The position numbers and the translations under genes are program-made. Below, piece after piece: positions 50,582 through 59,190 of a DNA stretch of 64,000 nt. The notes beneath the pieces were generated by a model. It saw only the letters and a program-made list of their open reading frames with translations, searched no databases and was not told the DNA's origin. The stretch comes from a virus, in the IMG/VR virus record IMGVR_UViG_3300048694_001134, positions 11,656 to 75,655 of that record; one strand, 5' to 3'. Within the stretch, counting starts at the first letter, position 1. Every line of letters begins with the position of its first letter.

Positions 50582-51286
50582 ATGGCAGTAGATTGTAATG
50601 AGCACGGTGAATACTTTTCAGACGTTGTTCGTAGACGCTTGAAAGAATCAAACAAACGCTTTTGGGCAAGTGATAACATCTCCGATGTACTACAGGAGAG
50701 GGAACTGCCAATGCTTGTTGAAGAGCTTACGGATAAGTTTCAAGGGGTGCTCAAATCCCTCGTCATTGACACAGACAATGATCCCAACTCACATGATACT
50801 GCGCGTCGTCTTGCGAAGATGTATGTTTACGAACTGATGGCAGGTCGGTACGAGCCACGTCCATCTGCTACTGCATTTCCCAATGAGGGCCCAGATCGCT
50901 TTGAAGGAATGCTTGTTGTTCGTGCTGAGCTGGTATCGATGTGTTCACATCACCATCAGCCAGTGAAGGGAACAGCTATCATTGGTATTATTCCTACAGG
51001 CGAGGTAATTGGTCTTTCAAAGTATGCGCGTATTGCACAGTGGTGCGCCCGCCGCGGTACGCTCCAAGAAGATCTTGCTAATCAGATTGCTAGGGAAATT
51101 ATGAGAGCCACAGATACTGAGAACTGTGCTGTGTATGTCCAAGCTACTCATGGGTGTATGGAGAACCGTGGTGTTATGGCTCATTCAAGTTTGACTCAGA
51201 CGTGTGTGGTACATGGTTTGTTCCATAATGACTCCGTCAAGTCAGAATTTATGTCGCACGTTAAGTTACAACTATTGAGCAAGTAA
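50582..51286 (+). CDS. folE: GTP cyclohydrolase I FolE
   Basis: SMCSHHHQP, IGLSKYAR, LQE, HGCMENRG. Confidence 0.93.
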   Translation: MAVDCNEHGEYFSDVVRRRLKESNKRFWASDNISDVLQERELPMLVEELTDKFQGVLKSLVIDTDNDPNSHDTARRLAKMYVYELMAGRYEPRPSATAFPNEGPDRFEGMLVVRAELVSMCSHHHQPVKGTAIIGIIPTGEVIGLSKYARIAQWCARRGTLQEDLANQIAREIMRATDTENCAVYVQATHGCMENRGVMAHSSLTQTCVVHGLFHNDSVKSEFMSHVKLQLLSK

Positions 51287-51648
51287 TGGCTAAGGTATAC
51301 TTTTGTAAGTTTACAGACAAGACATCAAAGAAAGTATTCTACAAATTCGGTCACACGAAATACAGCGATGTACTGAAACGTTTTAATACTCAGTTTGATG
51401 AGCGATACGGTCTTTTTGACATTAAATGTGTTGCAAGCATTGCGGGGGATTTACATTGGTGTATTGAGATAGAAGAACTACTGAAGACGTTGTTTCCGAA
51501 GAACATCTGGCTTGAGGAGTTTTTTAACGATGAAAGAACGTGGGATGATTTCTCAGGCATTACAGAGATAGTTGAATTGGATGACACACAGTACACAAGA
51601 ATTTGTAAGGCGTTTTATAGACTTAAGGCGTTACGATATGGACAATGA
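51286..51648 (+). CDS. Hypothetical protein, weak GIY-YIG/T5orf172-like
   Basis: VYF...FYKFGHT...KRF...IEE..., GITEI. Confidence 0.4.
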   Translation: MAKVYFCKFTDKTSKKVFYKFGHTKYSDVLKRFNTQFDERYGLFDIKCVASIAGDLHWCIEIEELLKTLFPKNIWLEEFFNDERTWDDFSGITEIVELDDTQYTRICKAFYRLKALRYGQ

Positions 51649-52024
51649 TAATTTTAGTTTTATTTGGGTGACGTTCCAGAAGGAAGGCATCCACAAATAT
51701 CCCGCGGCCGCTACAGACCCAAGACTGGCTACGGGTGATTGGTTGGATGTCAGCTTTCTTGGAACGCCACACAGACACATCTTTCACTTTCGCGTAGAGA
51801 TGGAAGTGTTTCATGATGATCGCGATGTTGAATTTATTCAAGCAAAGCGTATAATGGAGCGTTGGTACTCTGACGGCACGTTGCAACTTGACTATAAGTC
51901 TTGTGAGATGATGGCGAAAGAGTTACACAAGAAGTGCGCTGCACAATGGCCAGACCGCACATATGTGATCGAAGTCTCCGAGGACGGAGAGAACGGTTGT
52001 CGCATTTATTTCCCGAAAGGTTGA
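51638..52024 (+). CDS. Second T-fold QueD paralog, DpdL-like (putative CDG decarboxylase)
   Basis: EGIH, LGTPHRHIF (LxxxHRHxF), SCEMMA, EVSEDGENG; located in the deazaguanine cluster. Confidence 0.65.
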   Translation: MDNDNFSFIWVTFQKEGIHKYPAAATDPRLATGDWLDVSFLGTPHRHIFHFRVEMEVFHDDRDVEFIQAKRIMERWYSDGTLQLDYKSCEMMAKELHKKCAAQWPDRTYVIEVSEDGENGCRIYFPKG

Positions 52025-52026
52025 TC

Positions 52027-52884
52027 TTGATTAACTTCTGCCACATCTCACCCACAGCTTATCTCGATAAGTACACTAAGAGTAACGGAGCGCACTTGCT
52101 TCTTGCCCACTTGGTTGAAGAGGATTCACAATATCGCGATTACTATGCGAACCTCAACGACAACAAGTACAAGATTATGGATAACAGTGCTTTCGAGATG
52201 TTTAAGCTCGGACGTCCGATGTATGAGTCGTCAAAGCTGATTGAAATGGGCAAGGCATGCAATGCAAATTGCATCGTGCTTTCCGATTACCCCAAGCAAC
52301 CTTCACGAGTGACAGTGGAAGCCGCTAAGCGGTTGATCCCCGAGTTTAAGACGGAGGGATTTGATACTTTCTTCGTGCCGCAAAGCGAGCTTGGTGACAT
52401 GGTCGATCTTGTTAATGCTATAGAGTGGGCTCTTAACAATGATAACATTGACTTGATCGGCATGTCAATTTTAGCTGCACCGATTGCATGTGGTGTTGAC
52501 GAAACAACGTTTGAGGGTGGTAAACGTAGCGATGCATACAAGATGCAACGTTATCTTTCGCGACTCTCTGTGTTTAGAGAACTTGAACGCCGAAAACTAT
52601 TGACAGACCGAGCGAAGAAACGCTTCCATTGTCTTGGCATGGTTGATGGCCCGAAAGAAATTAACCTTTTACGAGAATACAGTGACTTTATCTTCTCCTG
52701 GGACTCTAGTGCTGCTGTTTGGGCTGGTATCAACGGTATTGCGTTTGATGCTTCGCCTACTGGTCTTCAGAATGGCAAGTTCGAAAAAGAAGTAGATTTC
52801 CACTATCAAGGTGAGCACAGCGCGAAGCTCGTATTTGATAATATTCATTACATCGATTGCATGGCGACAGGATCATGGCGCTAA
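52027..52884 (+). CDS. TGT-fold transglycosylase, DpdA-like (possibly DpdA3 type)
   Basis: IMDNSAF, LSD, FHCLG, SWDSS match TGT/DpdA catalytic Asp motifs; TTG start after aaagg (start approximate). Confidence 0.65.
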   Translation: MINFCHISPTAYLDKYTKSNGAHLLLAHLVEEDSQYRDYYANLNDNKYKIMDNSAFEMFKLGRPMYESSKLIEMGKACNANCIVLSDYPKQPSRVTVEAAKRLIPEFKTEGFDTFFVPQSELGDMVDLVNAIEWALNNDNIDLIGMSILAAPIACGVDETTFEGGKRSDAYKMQRYLSRLSVFRELERRKLLTDRAKKRFHCLGMVDGPKEINLLREYSDFIFSWDSSAAVWAGINGIAFDASPTGLQNGKFEKEVDFHYQGEHSAKLVFDNIHYIDCMATGSWR

Positions 52885-53447
52885 AGGTAATTGCATTAAC
52901 GGGTCCTAAGGGATCTGGCAAGGATACGGTTGGTGCTCTTATAAAAGAGACGTATAAGCAGTATGACCCGGAAACAATTGCATTTGCTGATCCGGTCAAG
53001 CAAGCGGTAAGACACATCTTTAACTTAGGCGACGAGAGTGCTTATAGCTACGATCGTTTGAAGCGCGCAACATTGAAGTTGAAAGATGAAGAGTGCTTCT
53101 ATACGATAGAGGGCCGCCGACTGGTTCGTGAGATTGGTATGTTGATGCGGTCTTACGATGAGAAACAATTTACACAATACGTGTTTGATACGATCAGCAA
53201 ACGCCCCGATCGCTTGTGGATTATTACAGACATGCGGTTTGATAACGAGTACTCTTTTGTTAAGAGTCGACTGAATGCAAAGATGATTAAGATTATTCGA
53301 CCAAAGTATGACTATGACGGTCATATTACGGAGCGAGCTTTTGACGATCATCTCGTTGACAAAGTCCTCATGAATGATGGAGACTTACAATATTTAAAAT
53401 ATAGAACAGTGAGTGTTATGAGTAGTATTATGGAGAGCTGGCAATGA
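52875..53447 (+). CDS. Deoxynucleoside monophosphate kinase (T4 gp1-like)
   Basis: GPKGSGKDT, FADPVK, ITDMRFDNE, HITE. Confidence 0.88.
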   Translation: MALKVIALTGPKGSGKDTVGALIKETYKQYDPETIAFADPVKQAVRHIFNLGDESAYSYDRLKRATLKLKDEECFYTIEGRRLVREIGMLMRSYDEKQFTQYVFDTISKRPDRLWIITDMRFDNEYSFVKSRLNAKMIKIIRPKYDYDGHITERAFDDHLVDKVLMNDGDLQYLKYRTVSVMSSIMESWQ

Positions 53448-54061
53448 AGCATATTATGGGTCCGCAGAGTCGATCGACTCTGACAAACGTCAAAGAGGGT
53501 GACGTCCAACCAAACGCAGTTGACTTACGATTGGGTAAGGTGTTTAAGATGTCACAGTCGACGTTTATTATCGATGAGCGCGATAAGAAGCACCGCGGCT
53601 CCTTTGAAGTTCAACCAGATGCAGGAGGATACTATAACCTCCCAGAAGGGCACTATGAGGTGATTATGGAGAACATGATTACCGTAGGCGATAACGAAGC
53701 AGGATGGGTGATTACGCGTTCCACGCTGAACCGTAATGGAGTATTCTTAACATCAGGGCTTTATGATACGGGGTATGACGGGGTAATGGCTGGTGTTATG
53801 CATGTGACGGTTGGTCCAATGCGTATTCAGCGCGGTACTCGTATTGGACAGTACCTTTCTTTCAACGCTGAGGCACTCCACAAGTACGATGGCAGCTATG
53901 GCAAGGGCAAGGCTCATGATGAAAAGTATCAAGCTGAGGCATATGCACAGCAAGAGGCATTGAAAGAGCTTGGTGTACCCATTGACGAACAATTGCAAGT
54001 AGAGGCACCTGTGAAGCGTGGTCGTGGGCGTCCTGTCGGATCAACAAAGAAAAAGGATTGA
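53444..54061 (+). CDS. Trimeric dUTPase/dCTP deaminase family protein with C-terminal AT-hook
   Basis: QPNAVDLRL, RSTLNRNG, YDTGYDG, RIGQ, YDGSY; tail KRGRGRPVGS. Confidence 0.8.
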   Translation: MKHIMGPQSRSTLTNVKEGDVQPNAVDLRLGKVFKMSQSTFIIDERDKKHRGSFEVQPDAGGYYNLPEGHYEVIMENMITVGDNEAGWVITRSTLNRNGVFLTSGLYDTGYDGVMAGVMHVTVGPMRIQRGTRIGQYLSFNAEALHKYDGSYGKGKAHDEKYQAEAYAQQEALKELGVPIDEQLQVEAPVKRGRGRPVGSTKKKD

Positions 54062-54063
54062 TA

Positions 54064-54915
54064 ATGTTTGAAATTAAAGTGCCGATCACCGATCTGCAAA
54101 AGAAGAAACTGTTTGTTGCAACTCCTATGTACGGTGGGATGTGTGCAGGTATGTACACTCGTAGCATTGCTGATCTGGCAGCTATTTGTGCAAAGTATAA
54201 TATTCAATTGCAACTGTACTACTTGTTCAATGAGTCGTTGATTACACGAGCTCGTAACTACTGCGTCGATGAGTTTTTGCGTTCAGATGCAACCCATATG
54301 ATGTTTATTGACAGCGACATTGGATTCAATCCGAATGACGTCATTGCACTGATGGCATTGCAGTCTGATGACAGCCCATATGATGTTATCGGCGGTCCAT
54401 ATCCTAAGAAGTGCATTAGTTGGGAGAAGATTAAGATTGCTGTGGACAAGGGTGTCGCGGATGAAGATCCTAATGTCCTTGAAAAGTTTGTTGGTGATTA
54501 CGTGTTTAACCCTAAAGGTGGACAGAAGGAGATTCCGATTGGCCAGCCGGTCGAGGTGATGGAGATTGGTACTGGCTTCATGATGATTCGTCGTGCGACG
54601 TTTGAAAAATACAAGGAAGCGTATCCTCACCTTTCCTATAAGCCAGATCATATCCGCACAGCAGCGTTTGATGGTTCACGTGAAATCCATGCATACTTTG
54701 ATTGTATTATCGATCCCGTAAGCAAGCGTTACCTGTCAGAAGATTATATGTTCTGCTATAACGTTGAGAAGATGGGTTCCAAGGTTTGGCTGTGCCCATG
54801 GATGAGTATGAACCATGTTGGTAGTTATGTGTTTGGTGGAAGTCTTGCAGACCTGGCATCGATTGGTGCACCTGCAACCGCTGACGCTAATCAGTTGGGA
54901 AAGAACAAGAAATGA
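54064..54915 (+). CDS. GT-A fold glycosyltransferase-like protein
   Basis: FVATPMYGG, ESLITRARN, FIDSDI (DxD), GTGFMMI, LSEDYMFC. Confidence 0.75.
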   Translation: MFEIKVPITDLQKKKLFVATPMYGGMCAGMYTRSIADLAAICAKYNIQLQLYYLFNESLITRARNYCVDEFLRSDATHMMFIDSDIGFNPNDVIALMALQSDDSPYDVIGGPYPKKCISWEKIKIAVDKGVADEDPNVLEKFVGDYVFNPKGGQKEIPIGQPVEVMEIGTGFMMIRRATFEKYKEAYPHLSYKPDHIRTAAFDGSREIHAYFDCIIDPVSKRYLSEDYMFCYNVEKMGSKVWLCPWMSMNHVGSYVFGGSLADLASIGAPATADANQLGKNKK

Positions 54916-55574
54916 AACTAGAGAATCGTACAATGCAAATTCTTAAAAACTTTGCATTGATTAACCCTTCAATGTTGTTTAGAGAAGGAACTGTTCAGTC
55001 AACAATTGCTGCGCAGAAAACGATCCTTGCAAGGACAACGCTCCGTGAGACGCTTCCTCGTGAGTTTGCCGTGTTCGACCTCTCACGCTTTTTAGGTGTG
55101 TTGTCTCTCTTTACTGAGCCGGAGTTGGAGTTCGATGATACACGTGTGCTCGTTAAGCAGGGACGTCAAAAGGTCGAATACACATATGCAGATCCAGACC
55201 TGATTGTTGCTCCTCCGTCCAAGACACCAAAGGTAGATAATCCTGAAGTGTGTTTTAACCTTAGTGGCGAAGCTCTGCAGTCAACAATTCGTGCTCTTGG
55301 TGCCCTTCAATCGACACACATTATCGTTGAGGGTGATGGTGAGAATATATTGCTTGGTGTTGGAAAACCCTCCGATCCGACAAGCGATACGTTCAAGATT
55401 GATGTTGGTTTGAGTAATCATTCATTTAAGTTTGCATTCAAAGCAGAGAACATTAAAATCCTACCAGGCGATTATGAGGTTCAGATATCCTCAAAAAACA
55501 TTGCACACTTTAAGTGTAGTGATGTAGAATACTGGATTATGGCAGATGCCAATCATTCCTCTTTTAGCGAGTGA
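54912..55574 (+). CDS. gp45: Sliding clamp gp45
   Basis: ILKNFALINPS, FAVFDLSRFL, ENIKILPGDYEV. Confidence 0.93.
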   Translation: MKLENRTMQILKNFALINPSMLFREGTVQSTIAAQKTILARTTLRETLPREFAVFDLSRFLGVLSLFTEPELEFDDTRVLVKQGRQKVEYTYADPDLIVAPPSKTPKVDNPEVCFNLSGEALQSTIRALGALQSTHIIVEGDGENILLGVGKPSDPTSDTFKIDVGLSNHSFKFAFKAENIKILPGDYEVQISSKNIAHFKCSDVEYWIMADANHSSFSE

Positions 55575-55576
55575 AG

Positions 55577-56515
55577 ATGAGAGAAGACTTTCTGTGGGTG
55601 GAGAAATACCGCCCGCGCACCATTGCCGATACAATCCTACCAGAGACACTGAAACAAACGTTTCAGAAGTTTGTAGATGAGGGTTCTGTTCCTAATATGT
55701 TGCTTACTGGCCGTGCTGGTGTTGGCAAAACCACTGTTGCACGTGCTCTTTTGGATCAGCTCAATGCTGATTACATTATTATTAACAGTAGTATGCACGG
55801 TAATATTGATACTCTTCGTACCGATATTCTTAATTTTGCTTCTACCGTTAGTTTTTCTGGAGGCCGTAAGTATGTTATTCTAGATGAGGCAGACTACCTC
55901 AATGCGAACAGCACTCAGCCAGCCTTGCGCAATTTTATTGAGTCGTACAGTAAGAACTGTGGATTCATCCTCACATGCAACTTCAAAAACAAGTTGATTG
56001 AGCCATTGTGGTCACGGTGTAGTGTTGTTGATTTTGTCATTCCAAAAGAAGAAAAGCCAAAGCTTGCTGTTCAGTTTTACCGTCGCGTTGTTGATATTCT
56101 CTCACGCGAACAGGTTGAATTTGAACCAAAGGCAGTTGCTGGATTGATTGAGAAACACTTTCCCGACTGGCGCCGATGCCTCAACGAACTACAACGATAT
56201 GCAGCAACGGGAAAGATTGACGTCGGGGTTCTTGCATCGTTGCAGGATGAATCGTTTAACCAGCTTATTGGGTTTTTGAAGAACAAAGAATTTACAAATG
56301 TCCGTAAGTGGGTTGGTGAGAATTCAGATGTTGATGCCCCAACGTTCTTCCGTAAGTTCTATGATCACGCGCACACGTTGATGGATTCGCCGTCCGTTGC
56401 CCAGCTCGTCCTCATACTCTCTAAATACCAATATCAAGCTGCGTTTGTTGTTGACCATGAAATCAACCTTGCAGCCTGCCTGACAGAAATCATGGTTGAG
56501 TGTACATTTAACTGA
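55577..56515 (+). CDS. gp44: Clamp loader large subunit gp44
   Basis: LWVEKYRP, GRAGVGKTT, ILDEAD, SRC. Confidence 0.96.
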   Translation: MREDFLWVEKYRPRTIADTILPETLKQTFQKFVDEGSVPNMLLTGRAGVGKTTVARALLDQLNADYIIINSSMHGNIDTLRTDILNFASTVSFSGGRKYVILDEADYLNANSTQPALRNFIESYSKNCGFILTCNFKNKLIEPLWSRCSVVDFVIPKEEKPKLAVQFYRRVVDILSREQVEFEPKAVAGLIEKHFPDWRRCLNELQRYAATGKIDVGVLASLQDESFNQLIGFLKNKEFTNVRKWVGENSDVDAPTFFRKFYDHAHTLMDSPSVAQLVLILSKYQYQAAFVVDHEINLAACLTEIMVECTFN

Positions 56516-56522
56516 GGTGGTA

Positions 56523-56693
56523 ATGCTAGACGAAAATATCCCCGATCCGATTTGGCACAGAAACATTAGCTTTATAAAAAGCGGACTGCGCATTGTTGCA
56601 GGCCTTTTTCTTTTGCTCTCTCATAGCTTTGTTGGAGCAGGGATCTTTTTGATTGCTGCGGAAGTTCTTGGTATTGTTGAAGAACTTGTGTAA
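56523..56693 (+). CDS. Small membrane protein
   Basis: ISFIKSGLRI...AEVLGIVEEL, hydrophobic; RBS gaggt. Confidence 0.55.
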   Translation: MLDENIPDPIWHRNISFIKSGLRIVAGLFLLLSHSFVGAGIFLIAAEVLGIVEELV

Positions 56694-57253
56694 TGTTTAC
56701 ACGTGAGAGTCTTGTCTATGAGCAGTTGTTCTCAGTACAAGAAGTCGACGCGTTTTGTGATAGATACAGGGATGCGTCTTTCGAACCAGCTGTCATACGA
56801 AACAGGCAGAACATAGATGTAGCAGATCATAGCAAACGAAAGTCTGATAGAATCTATCTACCGTTTCAAACGCAAGACTCATTCATATCAAAGCTGACAT
56901 CATTTGTAGTTCGAAGAAACGAAATACACTTTAAGTATCCCAATCTTTACTACACAAACGATTGGGAACTTCTCAGATATGGTCCTGGTGATTTCTTTAA
57001 GAGACACCATGACAGAATAAGTGAGCAGCACGGACCATTTGTGTCTGCTGTCGTCTACCTACAAAATCAAGAAGAGTTTGAAGGCGGCCAAACACTTTTC
57101 TACAATGATCACAGTACATCAAGTACGTTTACAATTGATCAGAAGAAGGGATATGTTGTCCTCTACCCCTCAAACATATACCATGAAGTGACACCATTAA
57201 CAAAAGGAACGAGGCTGACGCTAGTCAACTTCTTCTCGCATAACAAAAGATGA
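56693..57253 (+). CDS. 2OG-Fe(II) oxygenase (prolyl-hydroxylase-like)
   Basis: RYGPGDFFKRHHD, FEGGQT, HEVTP.TKGTR. Confidence 0.88.
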   Translation: MFTRESLVYEQLFSVQEVDAFCDRYRDASFEPAVIRNRQNIDVADHSKRKSDRIYLPFQTQDSFISKLTSFVVRRNEIHFKYPNLYYTNDWELLRYGPGDFFKRHHDRISEQHGPFVSAVVYLQNQEEFEGGQTLFYNDHSTSSTFTIDQKKGYVVLYPSNIYHEVTPLTKGTRLTLVNFFSHNKR

Positions 57254-57537
57254 AAACAATAATTTTAGGTATATTTGATTGGATAAAGAATGATTGGCAT
57301 TCTAATCGCGTTCGGTTTGCTCTTGAGTTGCTTGCTTGGGCTATTAGCATTGGCTGCAGTATCACAATGGCCCTCACCGTGCCAAGTCCCCCTCTTCTCA
57401 CGTTGTATCCTATTTGGATTACTGGCTGTTCAATCTATGCTTGGGCTGCTTATACTCGAAAGTCATTTGGCATGTTGGCTAACTACCTCTTGCTCACTAC
57501 AATAGATTCTATTGGGTTAATTAGGATGCTGACCTGA
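57250..57537 (+). CDS. Small multi-pass membrane protein
   Basis: Three hydrophobic segments; ATGA overlap. Confidence 0.6.
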   Translation: MKTIILGIFDWIKNDWHSNRVRFALELLAWAISIGCSITMALTVPSPPLLTLYPIWITGCSIYAWAAYTRKSFGMLANYLLLTTIDSIGLIRMLT

Positions 57538-57686
57538 TGTGGAGACTTTGGGCAAAGGCGATTGGAGAAAAGGCTTCGGAAAATCAGCAAGAGGCAGATA
57601 TGGTTGCGATCATTCGTACCATCTTAGTTGTTAGTTATTTTGTTACAAACTGCTTCATTGTAGCAGGCGTCATAAGGCATTGGTAA
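57537..57686 (+). CDS. 49-aa membrane protein (not in ORF track)
   Basis: Translated by hand: MWRLWAKAIGEKA...VTNCFIVAGVIRHW; TGATG and TAATG coupling on either side. Confidence 0.75.
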   Translation: MWRLWAKAIGEKASENQQEADMVAIIRTILVVSYFVTNCFIVAGVIRHW

Positions 57687-58096
57687 TGAACCCGTTTGAT
57701 TTTGTTAATAGTATCAACTACACAAAAAAGGATCTACTGAGAGATCCTGAAGTTTCGGAAACATCATACGTTCCATACGTGATAAACAAGTCGCTTTCTT
57801 ATTTTCCAGAAACAATTCTGTATGCAAATGAGATGAACCGCGTGCAGGCTGATAATAAACTCCAATATCACTATCTTCTAAATACTGTTCGACCTGGTAA
57901 AAGGTTCGCAAAGTGGGTGAAGAAAGAAGATGTTGAAAGTATAGAGCTTGTGAAATTATTTTATGGATACAGCACAGAGAAGGCACAACAAGCGCTGACC
58001 GTACTAACAGCATCAAACCTACACTACATAAAACAAAAACTACAGCGTGGTGGGAATGATGATAAAACTGGAGACATTAGTAGAGGTCAAACTTAA
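57686..58096 (+). CDS. gp62: Clamp loader small subunit gp62
   Basis: PFDFVNSIN, YVPYVINKSLSYF, ANEMN, YGYS.EKA. Confidence 0.92.
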   Translation: MNPFDFVNSINYTKKDLLRDPEVSETSYVPYVINKSLSYFPETILYANEMNRVQADNKLQYHYLLNTVRPGKRFAKWVKKEDVESIELVKLFYGYSTEKAQQALTVLTASNLHYIKQKLQRGGNDDKTGDISRGQT

Positions 58097-58454
58097 TATA
58101 GACGAAGACTTCTTGAAAGTACGTGAAACTCTTTCGCGTATTGGCGTTGCATCAAAGAAGGATAAAGTACTGTATCAGTCGTGTCATATTCTTCACAAAC
58201 AAGGCTTGTATTATATTGTACACTTCAAAGAGTTGTTTGCTCTGGATGGTAAGCCATCAAACTTTGCTGAGGAAGATATAGCGCGTCGTAATACAATTTC
58301 TAATCTATTGGCTGAGTGGGGACTTGTGACGCTAGTGGAAAAAGAAAAGACATCGGCACCTGTTGCACCGATGTCTCAAATAAAGATCATACCATACAAA
58401 GAGAAGAACGAATGGAGTCTTGTTACCAAATATAACATTGGTCGCAAGGCATAA
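58056..58454 (+). CDS. regA: Translational repressor RegA
   Basis: DFLKVRETLSRIG, LYQSCHILHKQG.YYIVHFKELF. Confidence 0.96.
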   Translation: MMIKLETLVEVKLNIDEDFLKVRETLSRIGVASKKDKVLYQSCHILHKQGLYYIVHFKELFALDGKPSNFAEEDIARRNTISNLLAEWGLVTLVEKEKTSAPVAPMSQIKIIPYKEKNEWSLVTKYNIGRKA

Positions 58455-58589
58455 TTACCGTTTCACCTCTTCCTGCTGAACAATCGCTAGCGGTGGGACT
58501 GGGTTGCCGTCAACTGCTTTTTGTATTTTACCAGCTGACCACCAACCCCACGATGTCATAAACCCTATCAAAAAGTATACTGTATACAT
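58455..58589 (-). CDS. 44-aa membrane-anchored peptide (not in ORF track)
   Basis: Translated by hand: MYTVYFLIGFMTSWGWWSAGKIQKAVDG...EEVKR; ATG overlaps the upstream stop and its stop abuts the regA stop. Confidence 0.55.
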   Translation of the reverse strand: MYTVYFLIGFMTSWGWWSAGKIQKAVDGNPVPPLAIVQQEEVKR

Positions 58590-59173
58590 TATTTTGCTAG
58601 AGGGTTATCAATAGCTTTTTGAATCTTGTTATCGACTTCCTTCTTCAAAGCTTCAACATCACGACTTATCTCACGGCGCGCCTCTGCCATTTCCTTACGG
58701 ACAGCGTTGACTTCAGTACGTGCCTTGTCTAGGTCCTCACGTACATCCTTGCGTGCTTGTTTCATCTCAGCCTCTGTCTCACGTTGTGCTTGCTTCACAC
58801 TACGCTCAACTTGTTCAGTGACGGTCTCGTTACGACGAATGTCGTTCTTTAGATCGGTCTTGATATCACGTGTGTAGTCAGCAGCCTTAGAACTATTTTG
58901 TTCAATAACGGCAAGGCGCTTATCAAACTCAGATAGATCTGGTGCTGTATACTCAGCGATCTTCTTTTTCATACCAACGTAGTCTTTATATACTTCGAAA
59001 GCACCATACAGACCACCAAGTAATGAAGATACGAGTGTGAAAGCAACCATCAGTTTAGCAGGTGTGAATTCGTATCCACCAATACTGATGACCGTATCTT
59101 TGCTTGCATACTTTTTAACGGCTGCTTCAGCCTCATCAATTTTAGCATTAACGTCTTTAATTTCTTCTGCCAT
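58589..59173 (-). CDS. Single-TM coiled-coil protein
   Basis: TM LMVAFTLVSSLLGGLYGAF, long heptad region, ends DNPL. Confidence 0.75.
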   Translation of the reverse strand: MAEEIKDVNAKIDEAEAAVKKYASKDTVISIGGYEFTPAKLMVAFTLVSSLLGGLYGAFEVYKDYVGMKKKIAEYTAPDLSEFDKRLAVIEQNSSKAADYTRDIKTDLKNDIRRNETVTEQVERSVKQAQRETEAEMKQARKDVREDLDKARTEVNAVRKEMAEARREISRDVEALKKEVDNKIQKAIDNPLAK

Positions 59174-59190
59174 TTTAATTTCCTTTTAGT

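Noticed and set aside
51934-52026. Extended N-terminus of the DpdA-like ORF
   Set aside because: Overlaps the upstream gene in another frame; the RBS supports a start near 52021-52027.
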